Source: Nitrosopumilus sp. (GTDB lineage: Archaea > Thermoproteota > Nitrososphaeria > Nitrososphaerales > Nitrosopumilaceae). From it: DNA of 64,000 nt. Under the pieces are notes generated by a model, which was given only the letters and a program-made list of their open reading frames with translations, ran no database searches and had not been told where the DNA came from. Location: assembly GCA_965205425.1 (NCBI GenBank), contig CBDBGZ010000005.1:64001-128000 (forward strand). The letters are read 5' to 3'. Every line of letters begins with the position of its first letter. Position 1 is the stretch's first letter. Of this stretch, positions 35,785 to 46,261 are shown in pieces. The position numbers were made by a program, and so were the translations under genes.

Positions 35785-37977
35785 TTATGCTTTATCGATA
35801 AAATCATTAACATCTGGTGGTTCTGGTGCCAATCCCTTTCGCTTTCTAATGTCAGCTACTGCAGGACCTAACATAGATTTTGGAACTTCAGTCCATTCCT
35901 TAAATGAGGTATTCCATGTTGCACGGCCGGCAGTTTGGCCTCTCATTGCTTCAGATAGTGTAAATGTCTCAGAAGCTGGAATCTCACCAACAACAATACT
36001 TGATGCACCTTTTTGTGACATGTCAAGTACTTTGCCTCGTTTACCTGAAAGTATAGTTGCAACATTTCCAACCAAATCAGTGGGTACACGAACTTCAATT
36101 GCTAGAGTTGGCTCTAACACGGCAGTACCTGCTGTGAGCAAAGCACCCATACATGCACGTCTTGATGCAGGTCCTAATTGAGACAAACCTCTGTGTGCTG
36201 TATCCTCATGAGGAACAAAGTGAGTAAAGATGAATTTACAATCCCTCATCTGTTCTTTACAGAGAGGACCCTCTTTCATTACTTCTTCAAATCCTGAATT
36301 AATAGAATCAGTTGATTCTTGTACAAATTGAACACCTTTTGTTCCATTAATCAAAACATTACCACGTGAATCAAATTTCATTACTCTTTTGATTGTATCA
36401 GTATCCCATCCATTCTCTTTTAGTAAATCAGAAACTACTTTCTTGTCTTTGATATCAGAGATCTCCCCAGTTCTTAACATGTGTGCAATTTCAGGTTCCA
36501 ATGGCTCTACTTTCATGAAAATTTTATTGTGTCTGTTTGGTGATTTTGACATGATTGGTTCACATCCACCCTTTACAGTTTCTCTGTAGTTAATCAAAGG
36601 TTCAGATGTTACAATCTCACATTTTGCATCTTGGATTCTGTGTGTTGCAACATCTAAGTGTAATACACCCATTCCTGCAACAATTGTCTCACCAGATTCC
36701 TCATCAATTTTTACAACAAGATTTGGATCCTCAATGGTTAGTTGTTTTAAAATATCTACTAATTTAGGTAAATCTTTAGGATGTTTTGGTTCAATTGCAA
36801 TTTGAACAACTGGTTCTGAAACATATTTGACTCCTTCAAACATAGGGATTCCTTTGATTGAAGATAAGGTGTTTCCAGCTCTACATTCAGTTAATCCCAA
36901 TAATGCCGGAATGTTTCCTGCACCTAGTTCACCAACTTGTTCTCTTTGGTTACCCATAAAGAAATTGACTGATTGAACACGTCCTTCTCTTTTTTCATCT
37001 ATAATGTGTAAAGTTTGACCGTCTTTGATAGTACCTGAAAATAGTCTTCCAATTGCAACAGGTCCTGCTGCAGGATCTAAAACCATGTTTACAACCATCA
37101 TAATTGTTGGACCATCATCATCTCCTGCTAGTAATGCTTTACCAACGTCAGAGTCTAAATCACCTTTCCAAATTTGTGGAATTCTATACTTGATTGCATC
37201 ATGTGGTGCTGGATGATGTTTTACTACCATTCCAAGTACTGCATCAGCTAGTGGTGCTTTTTCAATTAGTGCTTCAAGTTTTTCATCATTATATGCATCA
37301 ATTACATCTTTGAATGTTATTCCTCGCTCTTTCATTAAATCAGTGTTAATTGCCCATCTATCTTTTGCTGAACCAAATGTTACACTAGCATCTTGAATAG
37401 AAACTTTCCATTTCTCTTTGTATTCAGGTTCTGCATATGTGTCAACTAGTGTATTGAAATTTGCAACCACTTCGGCTAATTGGGCTTGCATTTTTTCTGG
37501 AGTTAATCTTAGTTCTTTGATGAGTCTGTCTACTTTGTTGATAAACAAAACAGGTTTTACTCTTTCTTCAAGAGCCATTCTAGTTACAGTTTCAGTTTGT
37601 GTCATGATGCCTTCTACTGCATCACAAACTACTACTGCACCATCAATTGCTCTTAATGAACGAATTACTCTTCCACTGAAATCTACGTGGCCCGGGGTAT
37701 CAATCATGTTAATTACGTATTCTTGATCTTTTTGGGCAAAGAGCAAGGTAACGTTTGCTTGGTAAATTGTAATTCCTCTTTCCTGCTCTTCTTTATCAAA
37801 GTCCATCGCAAGGGCTTTTCCAGCAGCTGAAGGGGCAATAATTCCAGAATTTGCCAAAAGGCTGTCAGACATTGTTGTCTTTCCATGATCTACGTGAGCA
37901 ATGACACCAAAGTTACGAATGTTGTCTTTGTTCTTGATAATTTTCATTACCTCTGAAGTAGACTTGAATTTTGCCAT
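35785..37977 (-). CDS. fusA: translation elongation factor EF-2
   Basis: AHVDHGKTT, DTPGHVDF, NKVD, diphthamide-loop HEDTAHRG. Confidence 0.98.
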   Translation of the reverse strand: MAKFKSTSEVMKIIKNKDNIRNFGVIAHVDHGKTTMSDSLLANSGIIAPSAAGKALAMDFDKEEQERGITIYQANVTLLFAQKDQEYVINMIDTPGHVDFSGRVIRSLRAIDGAVVVCDAVEGIMTQTETVTRMALEERVKPVLFINKVDRLIKELRLTPEKMQAQLAEVVANFNTLVDTYAEPEYKEKWKVSIQDASVTFGSAKDRWAINTDLMKERGITFKDVIDAYNDEKLEALIEKAPLADAVLGMVVKHHPAPHDAIKYRIPQIWKGDLDSDVGKALLAGDDDGPTIMMVVNMVLDPAAGPVAIGRLFSGTIKDGQTLHIIDEKREGRVQSVNFFMGNQREQVGELGAGNIPALLGLTECRAGNTLSSIKGIPMFEGVKYVSEPVVQIAIEPKHPKDLPKLVDILKQLTIEDPNLVVKIDEESGETIVAGMGVLHLDVATHRIQDAKCEIVTSEPLINYRETVKGGCEPIMSKSPNRHNKIFMKVEPLEPEIAHMLRTGEISDIKDKKVVSDLLKENGWDTDTIKRVMKFDSRGNVLINGTKGVQFVQESTDSINSGFEEVMKEGPLCKEQMRDCKFIFTHFVPHEDTAHRGLSQLGPASRRACMGALLTAGTAVLEPTLAIEVRVPTDLVGNVATILSGKRGKVLDMSQKGASSIVVGEIPASETFTLSEAMRGQTAGRATWNTSFKEWTEVPKSMLGPAVADIRKRKGLAPEPPDVNDFIDKA

Positions 37978-38025
37978 ATTCGCAAAACTTTGGATTCAGG
38001 TATTAAACCTTAGTTTTTGAAAAGA

Positions 38026-38927
38026 TCAGTAGATCATACGGTTAGAAACGCCACGAATCTTTTTTGCTGTCACAAAATGGCATTCTTTCTTGTGAGCCCT
38101 TTTAGCCTCATTTAGAGAAATTAGTTGTGAAAAAAAGATGCAATAGATCACCTGAGCTAGTTTTTCTTTTGGCACATCAGGATGAATCACATTAATTCCA
38201 ATATTTTTGAGGTTTTTCCCAGTTGTTTTGTGTGGGGATTTTTCTCTTCAAAAATAATTACAGTGTCTCCTTTTTTTACTGAAAACAACTCCATGTGAGA
38301 AAACTGTTCAATTCTTGAATAGTGTACATCATACCCTAAAATTTCATAAAACTTTGCAGCACAATACATCGCAATTGGAAATGTATACAAATTTCCTAGA
38401 ACAAAAATTCTCTTTGAGAGTTTTGCTTTTTTTGCAGAGGTTGCAGCTTTTACAAATAGTGAGATATTTGGAATTTTGATATTTTTTACTAACGAAATAC
38501 AAGTTAATGCACTTTCTAAAAATGAAATACTACCGGCAGTAAAAACACCAGAATTTTGGGAATTTAGAAAAATTATCCCATCTGATGCTTTTGCCAATCG
38601 ACTTTGAGGCTGAGAAGTTATAGCAACTGCTTTTTTTACAATCTTTGCCATCTTGATGTTAGTTATGGTGTTTCCTGAAATTGATACAAAATAGATTTGT
38701 TTTAATTTTGCAAAAGATTTGTTTTGATACAAGTCTAGTGGATCCATAGCCTTGACCAAACCGTCTGAAAAGGACTCTGCAAGTAATGAGGAAACCAAGG
38801 AATCTCCACTACCTGAAAAAAGGATATTTTTTTGACTAGATGTAGATAATGCTTTTTGTTTTTTGAAAGATTTTAGAAAATCTAGTTGTAATTTTATATC
38901 ATTTTCATAAGCTTCAATAGAATTCAT
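38026..38927 (-). pseudogene. SIS-domain sugar isomerase, frameshifted near 3' end (mutation or sequencing error)
   Basis: GSGDS, SISGNT, EQFSHMELF; adding one base in the homopolymer at ~38213-38217 extends the frame (NLKNIGINVIHPD...RMIY) to a stop at 38026. Confidence 0.65.
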
Positions 38928-39006
38928 GATAGAAATTAATTTTTGACATAGAAAAACTATTCCTAGCAGGTTTTGGTATTTATTACCAGAATCAAGGAAG
39001 ACAGAT

Positions 39007-39834
39007 ATGGAAATTTCTGTCGGACACACCCCAGATTCAGATGATGCATTCATGTTTTACGGAATGTTTACAGACAAAGTCCCATCCCCAGATTTTAAGG
39101 TAAATCATGTAATTGAGGATATTGAGAAATTAAATCGTAAAGCAACTGATCCAGAGCTTGATGTTACTGCAGTTTCAGTACATGCATGTGCATTCATTCC
39201 AGGATATACAATCTTGAGAAGTGGTGGAAGTTTTGGAATTAACTATGGTCCGATTGTAACTGCCAAAAAAATGATGACCATAGATGAGATTAAAAAATGT
39301 AAAATTGCAATTCCAGGAAAAATGACATCAGCATTTTTGTTACTCCAATTAATGATTGGAAAGTTTGATTATGTTGAGATGAATTTCAGTGACATTCCAG
39401 AAGCTGTCAAATCAGGTAAAGTTGATGTAGGATTAGTGATTCACGAAACTCAATTATCGTATGAACAAGAAGGCAATGTCAAAATTTTAGATGTGGGAGA
39501 ATGGTGGGATAAAACTACAAACGGACTACCAGTACCTCTAGGAATCAATGTCATGAGAACAGACCTAGGCATGGATACAATAGTAAAGTTTGACAAATAT
39601 CTACAAAAATCAATCGAATTTGGAATTGAACATTTTGATGATGCCATTGAATATGCAATGCAATATTCCAGAGGCAAAGAGAGAAGTCTTATTGAGAAAT
39701 TTGTAAAAATGTATGTAAACAAGGTTACTGTAAACATGGGAGACCCAGGTGAGGAATCAATTAGACGAATGTTTGCAATGGCAAAAGAGAAAGGATTAGT
39801 TCCAAACTTTGAAATCAGTATTGCCAACAAGTAG
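39007..39834 (+). CDS. mqnD: 1,4-dihydroxy-6-naphthoate synthase (futalosine pathway)
   Basis: GHTPDSDDAFMFY, DIEKLN, GLVIHE, LPVPLG, MYVN. Confidence 0.85.
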   Translation: MEISVGHTPDSDDAFMFYGMFTDKVPSPDFKVNHVIEDIEKLNRKATDPELDVTAVSVHACAFIPGYTILRSGGSFGINYGPIVTAKKMMTIDEIKKCKIAIPGKMTSAFLLLQLMIGKFDYVEMNFSDIPEAVKSGKVDVGLVIHETQLSYEQEGNVKILDVGEWWDKTTNGLPVPLGINVMRTDLGMDTIVKFDKYLQKSIEFGIEHFDDAIEYAMQYSRGKERSLIEKFVKMYVNKVTVNMGDPGEESIRRMFAMAKEKGLVPNFEISIANK

Positions 39835-39860
39835 TTATAGAACAGAAAAAAATTAACATT

Positions 39861-40151
39861 ATGGGAGATGGAATCGGTGGTGCAGTACTTTCAATTCTTA
39901 CAAATAATGCTTTTGAAATGCTAATTAGCCATACAAGAAAAGACAATCAAGAGCAATATGGTAAAGTAGAAAAAATCATAATGAGTAAAATAGATGATCC
40001 TGAACAACCACAATACGAAGAAAAAACTAAAGAAGATTTAGAGCGAGCACTCAAGGGGAAATTTGTTTCATGTAATGTACAATACAGAGATGAAAAAACA
40101 GATGCACTGGTTTGCAACGTTTTTGTTCAAAGACCACCTGAAGGATTTTAG
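39861..40151 (+). CDS. hypothetical protein
   Basis: 96-aa ORF. Confidence 0.55.
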   Translation: MGDGIGGAVLSILTNNAFEMLISHTRKDNQEQYGKVEKIIMSKIDDPEQPQYEEKTKEDLERALKGKFVSCNVQYRDEKTDALVCNVFVQRPPEGF

Positions 40152-40198
40152 AAATTACAAAATACCTAATATATGGTAAAAGTCAATTAGTAATAGAT

Positions 40199-40474
40199 AT
40201 GGTTCTTATCGATAAACGAATTCTCTCAGGAGGAATAGCAATGATCATTGCAGGAATCATAGTCACCATAGCATCGGCTGAACAACCAATAGGAGAATCG
40301 GGAATGAGTGAAGAAGAGGTTATCGATTTACTGATAGCTGAAGACCAAAACCAAGCTTATCAGATGTTGTCAGGTATTCTAGTAGGTATTGGATTTTTAC
40401 TAGTTTTGATTAGTTTTGGTGCAAGAAGGAAAAAAGACAGTGTAACAAGAAAAGAGAAGAAACCGGCTGAATGA
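40199..40474 (+). CDS. two-TM membrane protein
   Basis: two hydrophobic helices. Confidence 0.6.
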   Translation: MVLIDKRILSGGIAMIIAGIIVTIASAEQPIGESGMSEEEVIDLLIAEDQNQAYQMLSGILVGIGFLLVLISFGARRKKDSVTRKEKKPAE

Positions 40475-40486
40475 TTTTAAAATAAA

Positions 40487-40741
40487 TTACTTATACAAAT
40501 CAAACTTTTTCTTACAAGTTCCACAAAATCGTTGCTTTGTTTTCTTACTTTCTGTGCCTAAATCAGAACCACATCGGTCACATTTCTTTTTAATCAAGGT
40601 TCTGTTCCAATTCAAATTTACCCATATTTTCCCATCTTTGAATGTTGGTTTTACTATGAGGGTATTAGAATAATTCAGATTACACAAAAATGAAGAAGAT
40701 ATTATTAAGTAAAAATTAGCAAATGAGACATCTTGATTCAA
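40487..40741 (-). CDS. small Zn-binding protein (true start probably internal)
   Basis: CDRC..FCGTC in C-terminal half. Confidence 0.45.
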   Translation of the reverse strand: MNQDVSFANFYLIISSSFLCNLNYSNTLIVKPTFKDGKIWVNLNWNRTLIKKKCDRCGSDLGTESKKTKQRFCGTCKKKFDLYK

Positions 40742-41038
40742 GCAGAAATCAGCATATATCCAATGGCAACTAAAACGACTAGTGTTAGTTTTTACATTGC
40801 AAAAGCAATTGAATCAATCCAAAAAATAGAAAATCTCAGATATAAAATCAACCCAATGGGGACAATTCTAGAATCAGATAATATGGATGTAATAAACACC
40901 GCAACAAAACAAATGATGGAGACAGTTCACAATCTAGGAATAGCAAGAGTTGAGGTAATAATCAAAATAGATTCAAGACGAGACAAACATGTCAAAATGG
41001 AAGAAAAACTAGATTCAATTAAAAAACAGATGAGTTAG
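40733..41038 (+). CDS. MTH1187/YkoF-family thiamine-binding protein
   Basis: AEISIYPM, INPMGTILE, IKIDSRRDK..MEEKL. Confidence 0.85.
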   Translation: MIQAEISIYPMATKTTSVSFYIAKAIESIQKIENLRYKINPMGTILESDNMDVINTATKQMMETVHNLGIARVEVIIKIDSRRDKHVKMEEKLDSIKKQMS

Positions 41039-42153
41039 AATTTTTTCAAAATATCAAAGTGAGTATTTCTTTGTGCAGGATTTCTACCAACCTCTTTTAC
41101 CATTGTTGCTAATTCATCAACTGATGAAGAGGTTGCTTTTCCTGCAGCTTTGTAAATTTCTTCAGAGAAGGCAGTTCCAACTAAATCATTGCCCCCATTA
41201 GATAATGCAACTTGAGCTAATTTTTTGCCATATGCAACCCAATATACCGAGATGTTGTTAAGAACATTGGCAAGCATCAATCTAGACAGTGCTACAATTC
41301 TCAAATCATAAACGGATGAACATTCATTATTTACCAAATGCTGTTGTTCCAATTCAGTATTATCCAAACTAAATTTCAAAGGAATTAAAGTAAGAAAACC
41401 ATTTGTCTTCTTTTGTAATTCTCGGATTTTGATTAAATGATCAACAATATGTTCAGGTTTTTCAATATGTCCATAAAGCATAGTCACATTACTTTTGATA
41501 TCCATATTGTGAGCCTCTTCAATTACATCAAGCCATTGTTGTCCAGTACATTTTCCACGAACTATTTTTCCTCTAATGTCAGGATGGAATAATTCTGCAC
41601 CTCCACCTGGCATTGAATCAAGTCCTGCATCTTTTAGACGAGATAAGATTTCCTTTGTAGAATTTTTAGTTAATTTTGAGAGATAATAAATTTCAGCTGC
41701 AGTTAATGCTTTGATGTTAAGTTGAGGATGACTTTTTTTGATTGCTTTCATCATATCCTCATAATATTCTAGTGGAAGTTTTGGATGAAAACCTCCAACA
41801 ATGTGAACCTCAGTTGCACCCATCTGTTTTGCAATTCCAACTCGTTGTTCGATTTCTTGAGGAGTTAACGTATATGCATCATCTGCACCGTCTTTACGAT
41901 AAAATGCACACATTTGGCAACTAGCGGCACAGACATTAGTATAGTTCATGTAATATGAGGCAGCAAAAGTTACAGTGTCATTTACTAATTTTTTTCTTGA
42001 ATTATCAGCTACTGCGCCAAGTAAATGTAAATTATCATAATTCATCAATTCTAGACCATCCTTGTAAGAAAGTTCTTCTCCAGCCAAAGCACGATCTAAT
42101 GCTTGAGAATCCCCTACTAGTTGTTCGAGCATATTGGTTCGTTTTCCCATCAA
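41035..42153 (-). CDS. mqnE: radical SAM enzyme, aminofutalosine synthase-like (CofH/MqnC/MqnE family)
   Basis: TNVCAASCQMCAF, EVHIVGG, SMPGGGAE, TMLYGHIE; near mqnD. Confidence 0.75.
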   Translation of the reverse strand: MMGKRTNMLEQLVGDSQALDRALAGEELSYKDGLELMNYDNLHLLGAVADNSRKKLVNDTVTFAASYYMNYTNVCAASCQMCAFYRKDGADDAYTLTPQEIEQRVGIAKQMGATEVHIVGGFHPKLPLEYYEDMMKAIKKSHPQLNIKALTAAEIYYLSKLTKNSTKEILSRLKDAGLDSMPGGGAELFHPDIRGKIVRGKCTGQQWLDVIEEAHNMDIKSNVTMLYGHIEKPEHIVDHLIKIRELQKKTNGFLTLIPLKFSLDNTELEQQHLVNNECSSVYDLRIVALSRLMLANVLNNISVYWVAYGKKLAQVALSNGGNDLVGTAFSEEIYKAAGKATSSSVDELATMVKEVGRNPAQRNTHFDILKKF

Positions 42154-42206
42154 GATATATTCTTTATACTCTCAAGAAATAAGTAGCCAGCCATGTAATT
42201 ACTAGC

Positions 42207-42380
42207 ATGGTACTTCCTCTAGTTGACGAACATAAGCCAAAATGTTACCTATGCCACAAGGGATTTGAGAATGTAGATAAATTAAGAGAGCACCAAAATT
42301 CAACACATAGAGACTTTTTTGAAGAAAATGAAAAACAGAATAATCGAGAACCAGCACCTGGCGATGTTACTGTGTTTTAG
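42207..42380 (+). CDS. 57-aa C2H2 zinc-finger protein (not in ORF track)
   Basis: own translation MVLPLVDEHKPKCYLCHKGFENVDKLREHQNSTH...PAPGDVTVF. Confidence 0.65.
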   Translation: MVLPLVDEHKPKCYLCHKGFENVDKLREHQNSTHRDFFEENEKQNNREPAPGDVTVF

Positions 42381-42867
42381 ATTTTTGTTTTTTAACAGAT
42401 TTTAATAATTCTTGAGCAAGATCTTTTGAAATGATAGCTAAATCATAATGTTTGTCAACAGATAATGCTTTTTTAAAATGCTTGATTGCATTTGGAAGAT
42501 CACCCATTTCTCCTAAGGAGAGTCCTTTGTAAGCAAGTGCCATAGCACATTTTTTATCAATTTTTAGAGCAACATCATAACAATCTATTGCTTCTAGATA
42601 TTTTTGGTCTGAATGTAAAACCGCCCCTTTGTTTAGAAGAGCATCAAGATTATCAGGCGAGATATCAAGGGCTTTATCAAATGAACGAATAGCAAGTTTC
42701 ATTTTTCCCATATTTTGTAATGTTGCTCCCTTATCAATTAGTACACTAGCATTTTGAGGTTCTTCTTTTAATGCCAAATCATATAGTTTCAAGGCTTCAG
42801 AATAATTTCCATCTTCTACACACTCAAAAGCCTGCACTAACATCCTATCTATTTTAGAACTCACCAT
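42367..42867 (-). CDS. TPR protein
   Basis: four TPR-like repeats (KG..L...G....A...FDKAL). Confidence 0.85.
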   Translation of the reverse strand: MVSSKIDRMLVQAFECVEDGNYSEALKLYDLALKEEPQNASVLIDKGATLQNMGKMKLAIRSFDKALDISPDNLDALLNKGAVLHSDQKYLEAIDCYDVALKIDKKCAMALAYKGLSLGEMGDLPNAIKHFKKALSVDKHYDLAIISKDLAQELLKSVKKQKSKTQ

Positions 42868-42943
42868 CTTTGATAATATTTTGTTAATAATATAGATTGA
42901 CTGAGGGTAAACAACAAATTCATATTAAAAAATGAATTTAAAG

Positions 42944-43171
42944 TTACGATGCATACTTGTCACGAGGTTCAATTTCAAGGGATTTGTTAAAACATTCCAT
43001 AGACTCTTCATACCTACCCAAACTACGCAACACAACTCCTTTATTATTCCATAAATCAGGATCATCTTGATTCAAAAGAAGTGCTTGTTCAAAACATCCT
43101 AAAGCGTCATCATATTTCCCATCATCCATTAAAGAATGTCCTTTTTTGACTAAATCCTCAATTTCGCTCAT
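42944..43171 (-). CDS. small TPR protein
   Basis: LWNNKGVVLRSLGRYEESMECFNKSL. Confidence 0.85.
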   Translation of the reverse strand: MSEIEDLVKKGHSLMDDGKYDDALGCFEQALLLNQDDPDLWNNKGVVLRSLGRYEESMECFNKSLEIEPRDKYAS

Positions 43172-43294
43172 AATTCAATAAAGATTCCATTTGTATTAAA
43201 TTTGAAAGTTTTTTCTTCATCATAGATAGAAAAAATTAAACAAATTTACATGAATTTCATGAAATTTTAAATAATTTTTTCACCATTATATTGT

Positions 43295-43738
43295 ATGATA
43301 CTAGATGAGACTGATGAAAAAATACTCAAAAATTTGTTAGTAGATGCAAGACAATCAGCCAGACAATTAGCTCTCAAATTAGGAATGTCCACAGTAACAG
43401 TACTATCAAGGATTAAAAAATTAGAAAAAGCAAAAATCATCAAAGGGTATACTGCAATAATTGATCATGAGAAAATTGGATATTCGCTAACTGCAATAAT
43501 TGAAATTATTGCAAAAAATGACAAAGTCATGTATATTGAAGATGAAATTTCAAAATTTGAAAATGTTTGCGGAGTGTATGACATTACAGGCTCAACAGAT
43601 ACCATAATTATTGCAAAATTCAAGGAAAGAAACGAATTAAGCAAGTTTGTAAAGGGCCTAGCATCCATCCCCAATGTGGAAAATACAATAACACATGTGG
43701 TACTAAATACGGCAAAAGAAGATTTCAGATTATCATAG
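43295..43738 (+). CDS. Lrp/AsnC transcriptional regulator
   Basis: LDETDEKIL..DAR..LA..LGMS..TV..RIKKLE, VYDITGSTD. Confidence 0.92.
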   Translation: MILDETDEKILKNLLVDARQSARQLALKLGMSTVTVLSRIKKLEKAKIIKGYTAIIDHEKIGYSLTAIIEIIAKNDKVMYIEDEISKFENVCGVYDITGSTDTIIIAKFKERNELSKFVKGLASIPNVENTITHVVLNTAKEDFRLS

Positions 43739-43746
43739 GAGGAAAA

Positions 43747-44301
43747 ATGAACAACTTTAGCATTTTTGTAATTTCAGTAATTATTTTTGGAACAATTCAA
43801 ACAGCATATGCTCAAGAGAAGAATTTAGATATGGAGTTGGAAGTAACCGATGAAGAAAAAATTATTTTATTTTCAGGTTTTGCAATTGCAGTAATCGGGT
43901 TGTTTTTGTTTCTTGCAAGAGACGTTATTTTACGTAGAAAAACATCATATGATAAAGAAGGATTAGAGTCAAAAAAAGACAAAACTTTTGAAAAATATCA
44001 TTCAGACTGGGGGGACGATTATGAGGAATTGGGGAAAAGAAGGAATACCAAAGACGATAAGGAATTCAGAGAAGCGTTAAACAACAATGAACTCCCAAAC
44101 TATTATGAAATCATAGGAGTAGAAAAAAATGCAACCCAAGAAGAAATTAAAAAGAAATTCAGAGAACTAGCAAAAAAGACTCATCCAGATAAAACAAAAA
44201 AAGATTCTGAAGAAGCGATGGCAGAGCTGAATAAAGCATACGAAGTATTATCAGATAAAGAACGCAGAGACAAATATGATAAATATCTCAGAGTAGATTA
44301 A
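43747..44301 (+). CDS. membrane protein with C-terminal J-domain
   Basis: NYYEIIGV, HPD, LNKAYEVLSD. Confidence 0.85.
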   Translation: MNNFSIFVISVIIFGTIQTAYAQEKNLDMELEVTDEEKIILFSGFAIAVIGLFLFLARDVILRRKTSYDKEGLESKKDKTFEKYHSDWGDDYEELGKRRNTKDDKEFREALNNNELPNYYEIIGVEKNATQEEIKKKFRELAKKTHPDKTKKDSEEAMAELNKAYEVLSDKERRDKYDKYLRVD

Positions 44302-44702
44302 ACAGATTCTAATTTTACAATTATCAAACTAAGTTCAATAGATGTAGGCGTCTGAACGCTATTTGTAAGATTAGTAAAAATTTCAAGAGACATAGGAGTA
44401 TTATCATCTACAATATCAGTCGTAATTTTTAATTCACCAAATTCAGTATTTGGGCCTAACATCTTCTTTGTTAGCAACGGAACTATTGAAAGATCATTTA
44501 CTACACATTTCATTTTGTAGGCAAATTTATCAGAAAAATATACACCACCACGAGTAGTAGGTTCGTTAACAGGAATCGTGGAGTTGGTAATAGATACACT
44601 GGAAATTGGATAGGTAGCATTATTGATATAGAGTGTAAAGTTGGGGGAATTTTTTTCATTAAAACCCATTAATTTTTCCAATAAATCCTTGTTAAATGAC
44701 AT
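44298..44702 (-). CDS. hypothetical protein
   Basis: 134-aa ORF with PTTRGGVYF. Confidence 0.6.
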   Translation of the reverse strand: MSFNKDLLEKLMGFNEKNSPNFTLYINNATYPISSVSITNSTIPVNEPTTRGGVYFSDKFAYKMKCVVNDLSIVPLLTKKMLGPNTEFGELKITTDIVDDNTPMSLEIFTNLTNSVQTPTSIELSLIIVKLESV

Positions 44703-44959
44703 TCAAAAATAACCAAATCATAATTCTATTGAGTGTTTTGGTAAAATATACAACATTCAAAGTTCTTGAAACAAATAATGTCAATAATACAATGATTATT
44801 TCAGTTAGTTAGATATGAAAATTAAGACATAAAAAAAACTAATCCAAGAATCCATTAAATCAGGTAATGTCATATTTTCGTCTCCCATACTAGCACATTT
44901 TCCAATGAGTGATGGACAAAATTCAGCGGGAATGATAGGAACAGGGTAAACAATTGCTA

Positions 44960-46045
44960 TAGCGACGATCAAAAGTTCGCAAACATCTTTGCAGGATTTC
45001 TAAAGATATAATTTGCAACATCAAGCTTGAATTTTGTCACTCTGAAATATTTTGACACTGCCTTGTTCATTATTGTAAACATTGCATAATACTCTGAAAC
45101 CAACAATGCATACTTGCTTATCTTCCAGCACTGCTCTATCATGTTCTTCAAGTATGGTGATCCCTTTGGCAACCAGATTAGTTTGACATCTCTATTGTTT
45201 GCAAGGTATTCCTTTACCTTCTTTGATTTGTGAACTGATGCTCTATCTAAAATGATTGCAATCTTGCCGTATTTCTGATGCAATTCCTTTAGGTACTCTA
45301 CAAATGTCACAGCGTTGAATTTGTCATAAACTCTGAATAGTTGATTACCATTTTCTGTAATTGTACCATACACTGCCAGACTCTCATGTCGTCCTGTATA
45401 TGGAAGAAATATTCTCTTGGCAACTGGTGACCAGTACTTTTTTCCTGTTTTTGTATCCCTTACAAAGAATGCTTCATCAGCCATTGCAATTACAAATCCT
45501 TTCTTTTTTAGGCGTGAAATTCTCTTTTTGATGCGTTGCTGCCAGCTTCTCACAGCAGATATACTTGCATGGTTGATGTGATATTTTTGTGCAGTTTTTG
45601 CAGACATGCCGTATTGGTGCATTATCTTTCTGATGTGGGTTATGTGAAATTTTACTCCAGTGGAATAAAAGATACTTTGTTGCAACATTATGGGGGTAAA
45701 CAAAGTTAGCATTGCTTTTGGACATGATAGCATCCATTCGAGTCTGGGAGATTGTTCTTGGCCTACCACTTCTTGGGTGGTCGTAGAGGCCATCTATCTC
45801 AAAACGACTCGTCCATTTTCTCACCCAGCTTGTGCAGTGGTGTAATGTCTTTGCAGTGCACTGTATGTCCTTTCCATCCTTTAGAATCATCAACACTGCA
45901 AGCATCCTTACTGCAACCTTGGAGTTTTCTTTTTTGTATGCTGCTTCAAGTGATTCTAACTTGTTCATCAAATTTTACCATACATAGTGATCAAAAAGTT
46001 TTTTGTTTTGGAATAATTTAGTTCACGAACTTTATCTTTTCGCTA
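44960..46045 (-). mobile_element. IS630-family element, copy 1; transposase split over ORFs 45477-45971 and 44969-45793
   Basis: TAGCG..CGCTA ends with imperfect ~25-bp IR, TA duplication; RSGRP, DEA, LDRASVH, LPKGSPYL..IEQCW motifs. Confidence 0.88.
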
Positions 46046-46261
46046 TATCAAAAGCAAGACAAATGCAAGGATTATTCTTTTTTTTTGATGAATTCATAAT
46101 TTTATTTGTTGGATTTCATACATTACCATCTGTATGTTATTTGAAATAACAGTGGAAGTTCACGACTAAATTTGGGAATTCTATTGGATCTTTCTAATTA
46201 TAGTCAACAAATCTTTCAAAATACATAGATCATATTTAAAAACGCGAAATCAGATCGAATA

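Noticed and set aside
35849..37726. several plus-strand ORFs inside EF-2, and similar antisense ORFs within other genes and IS copies
   Set aside because: shadow ORFs opposite well-supported genes
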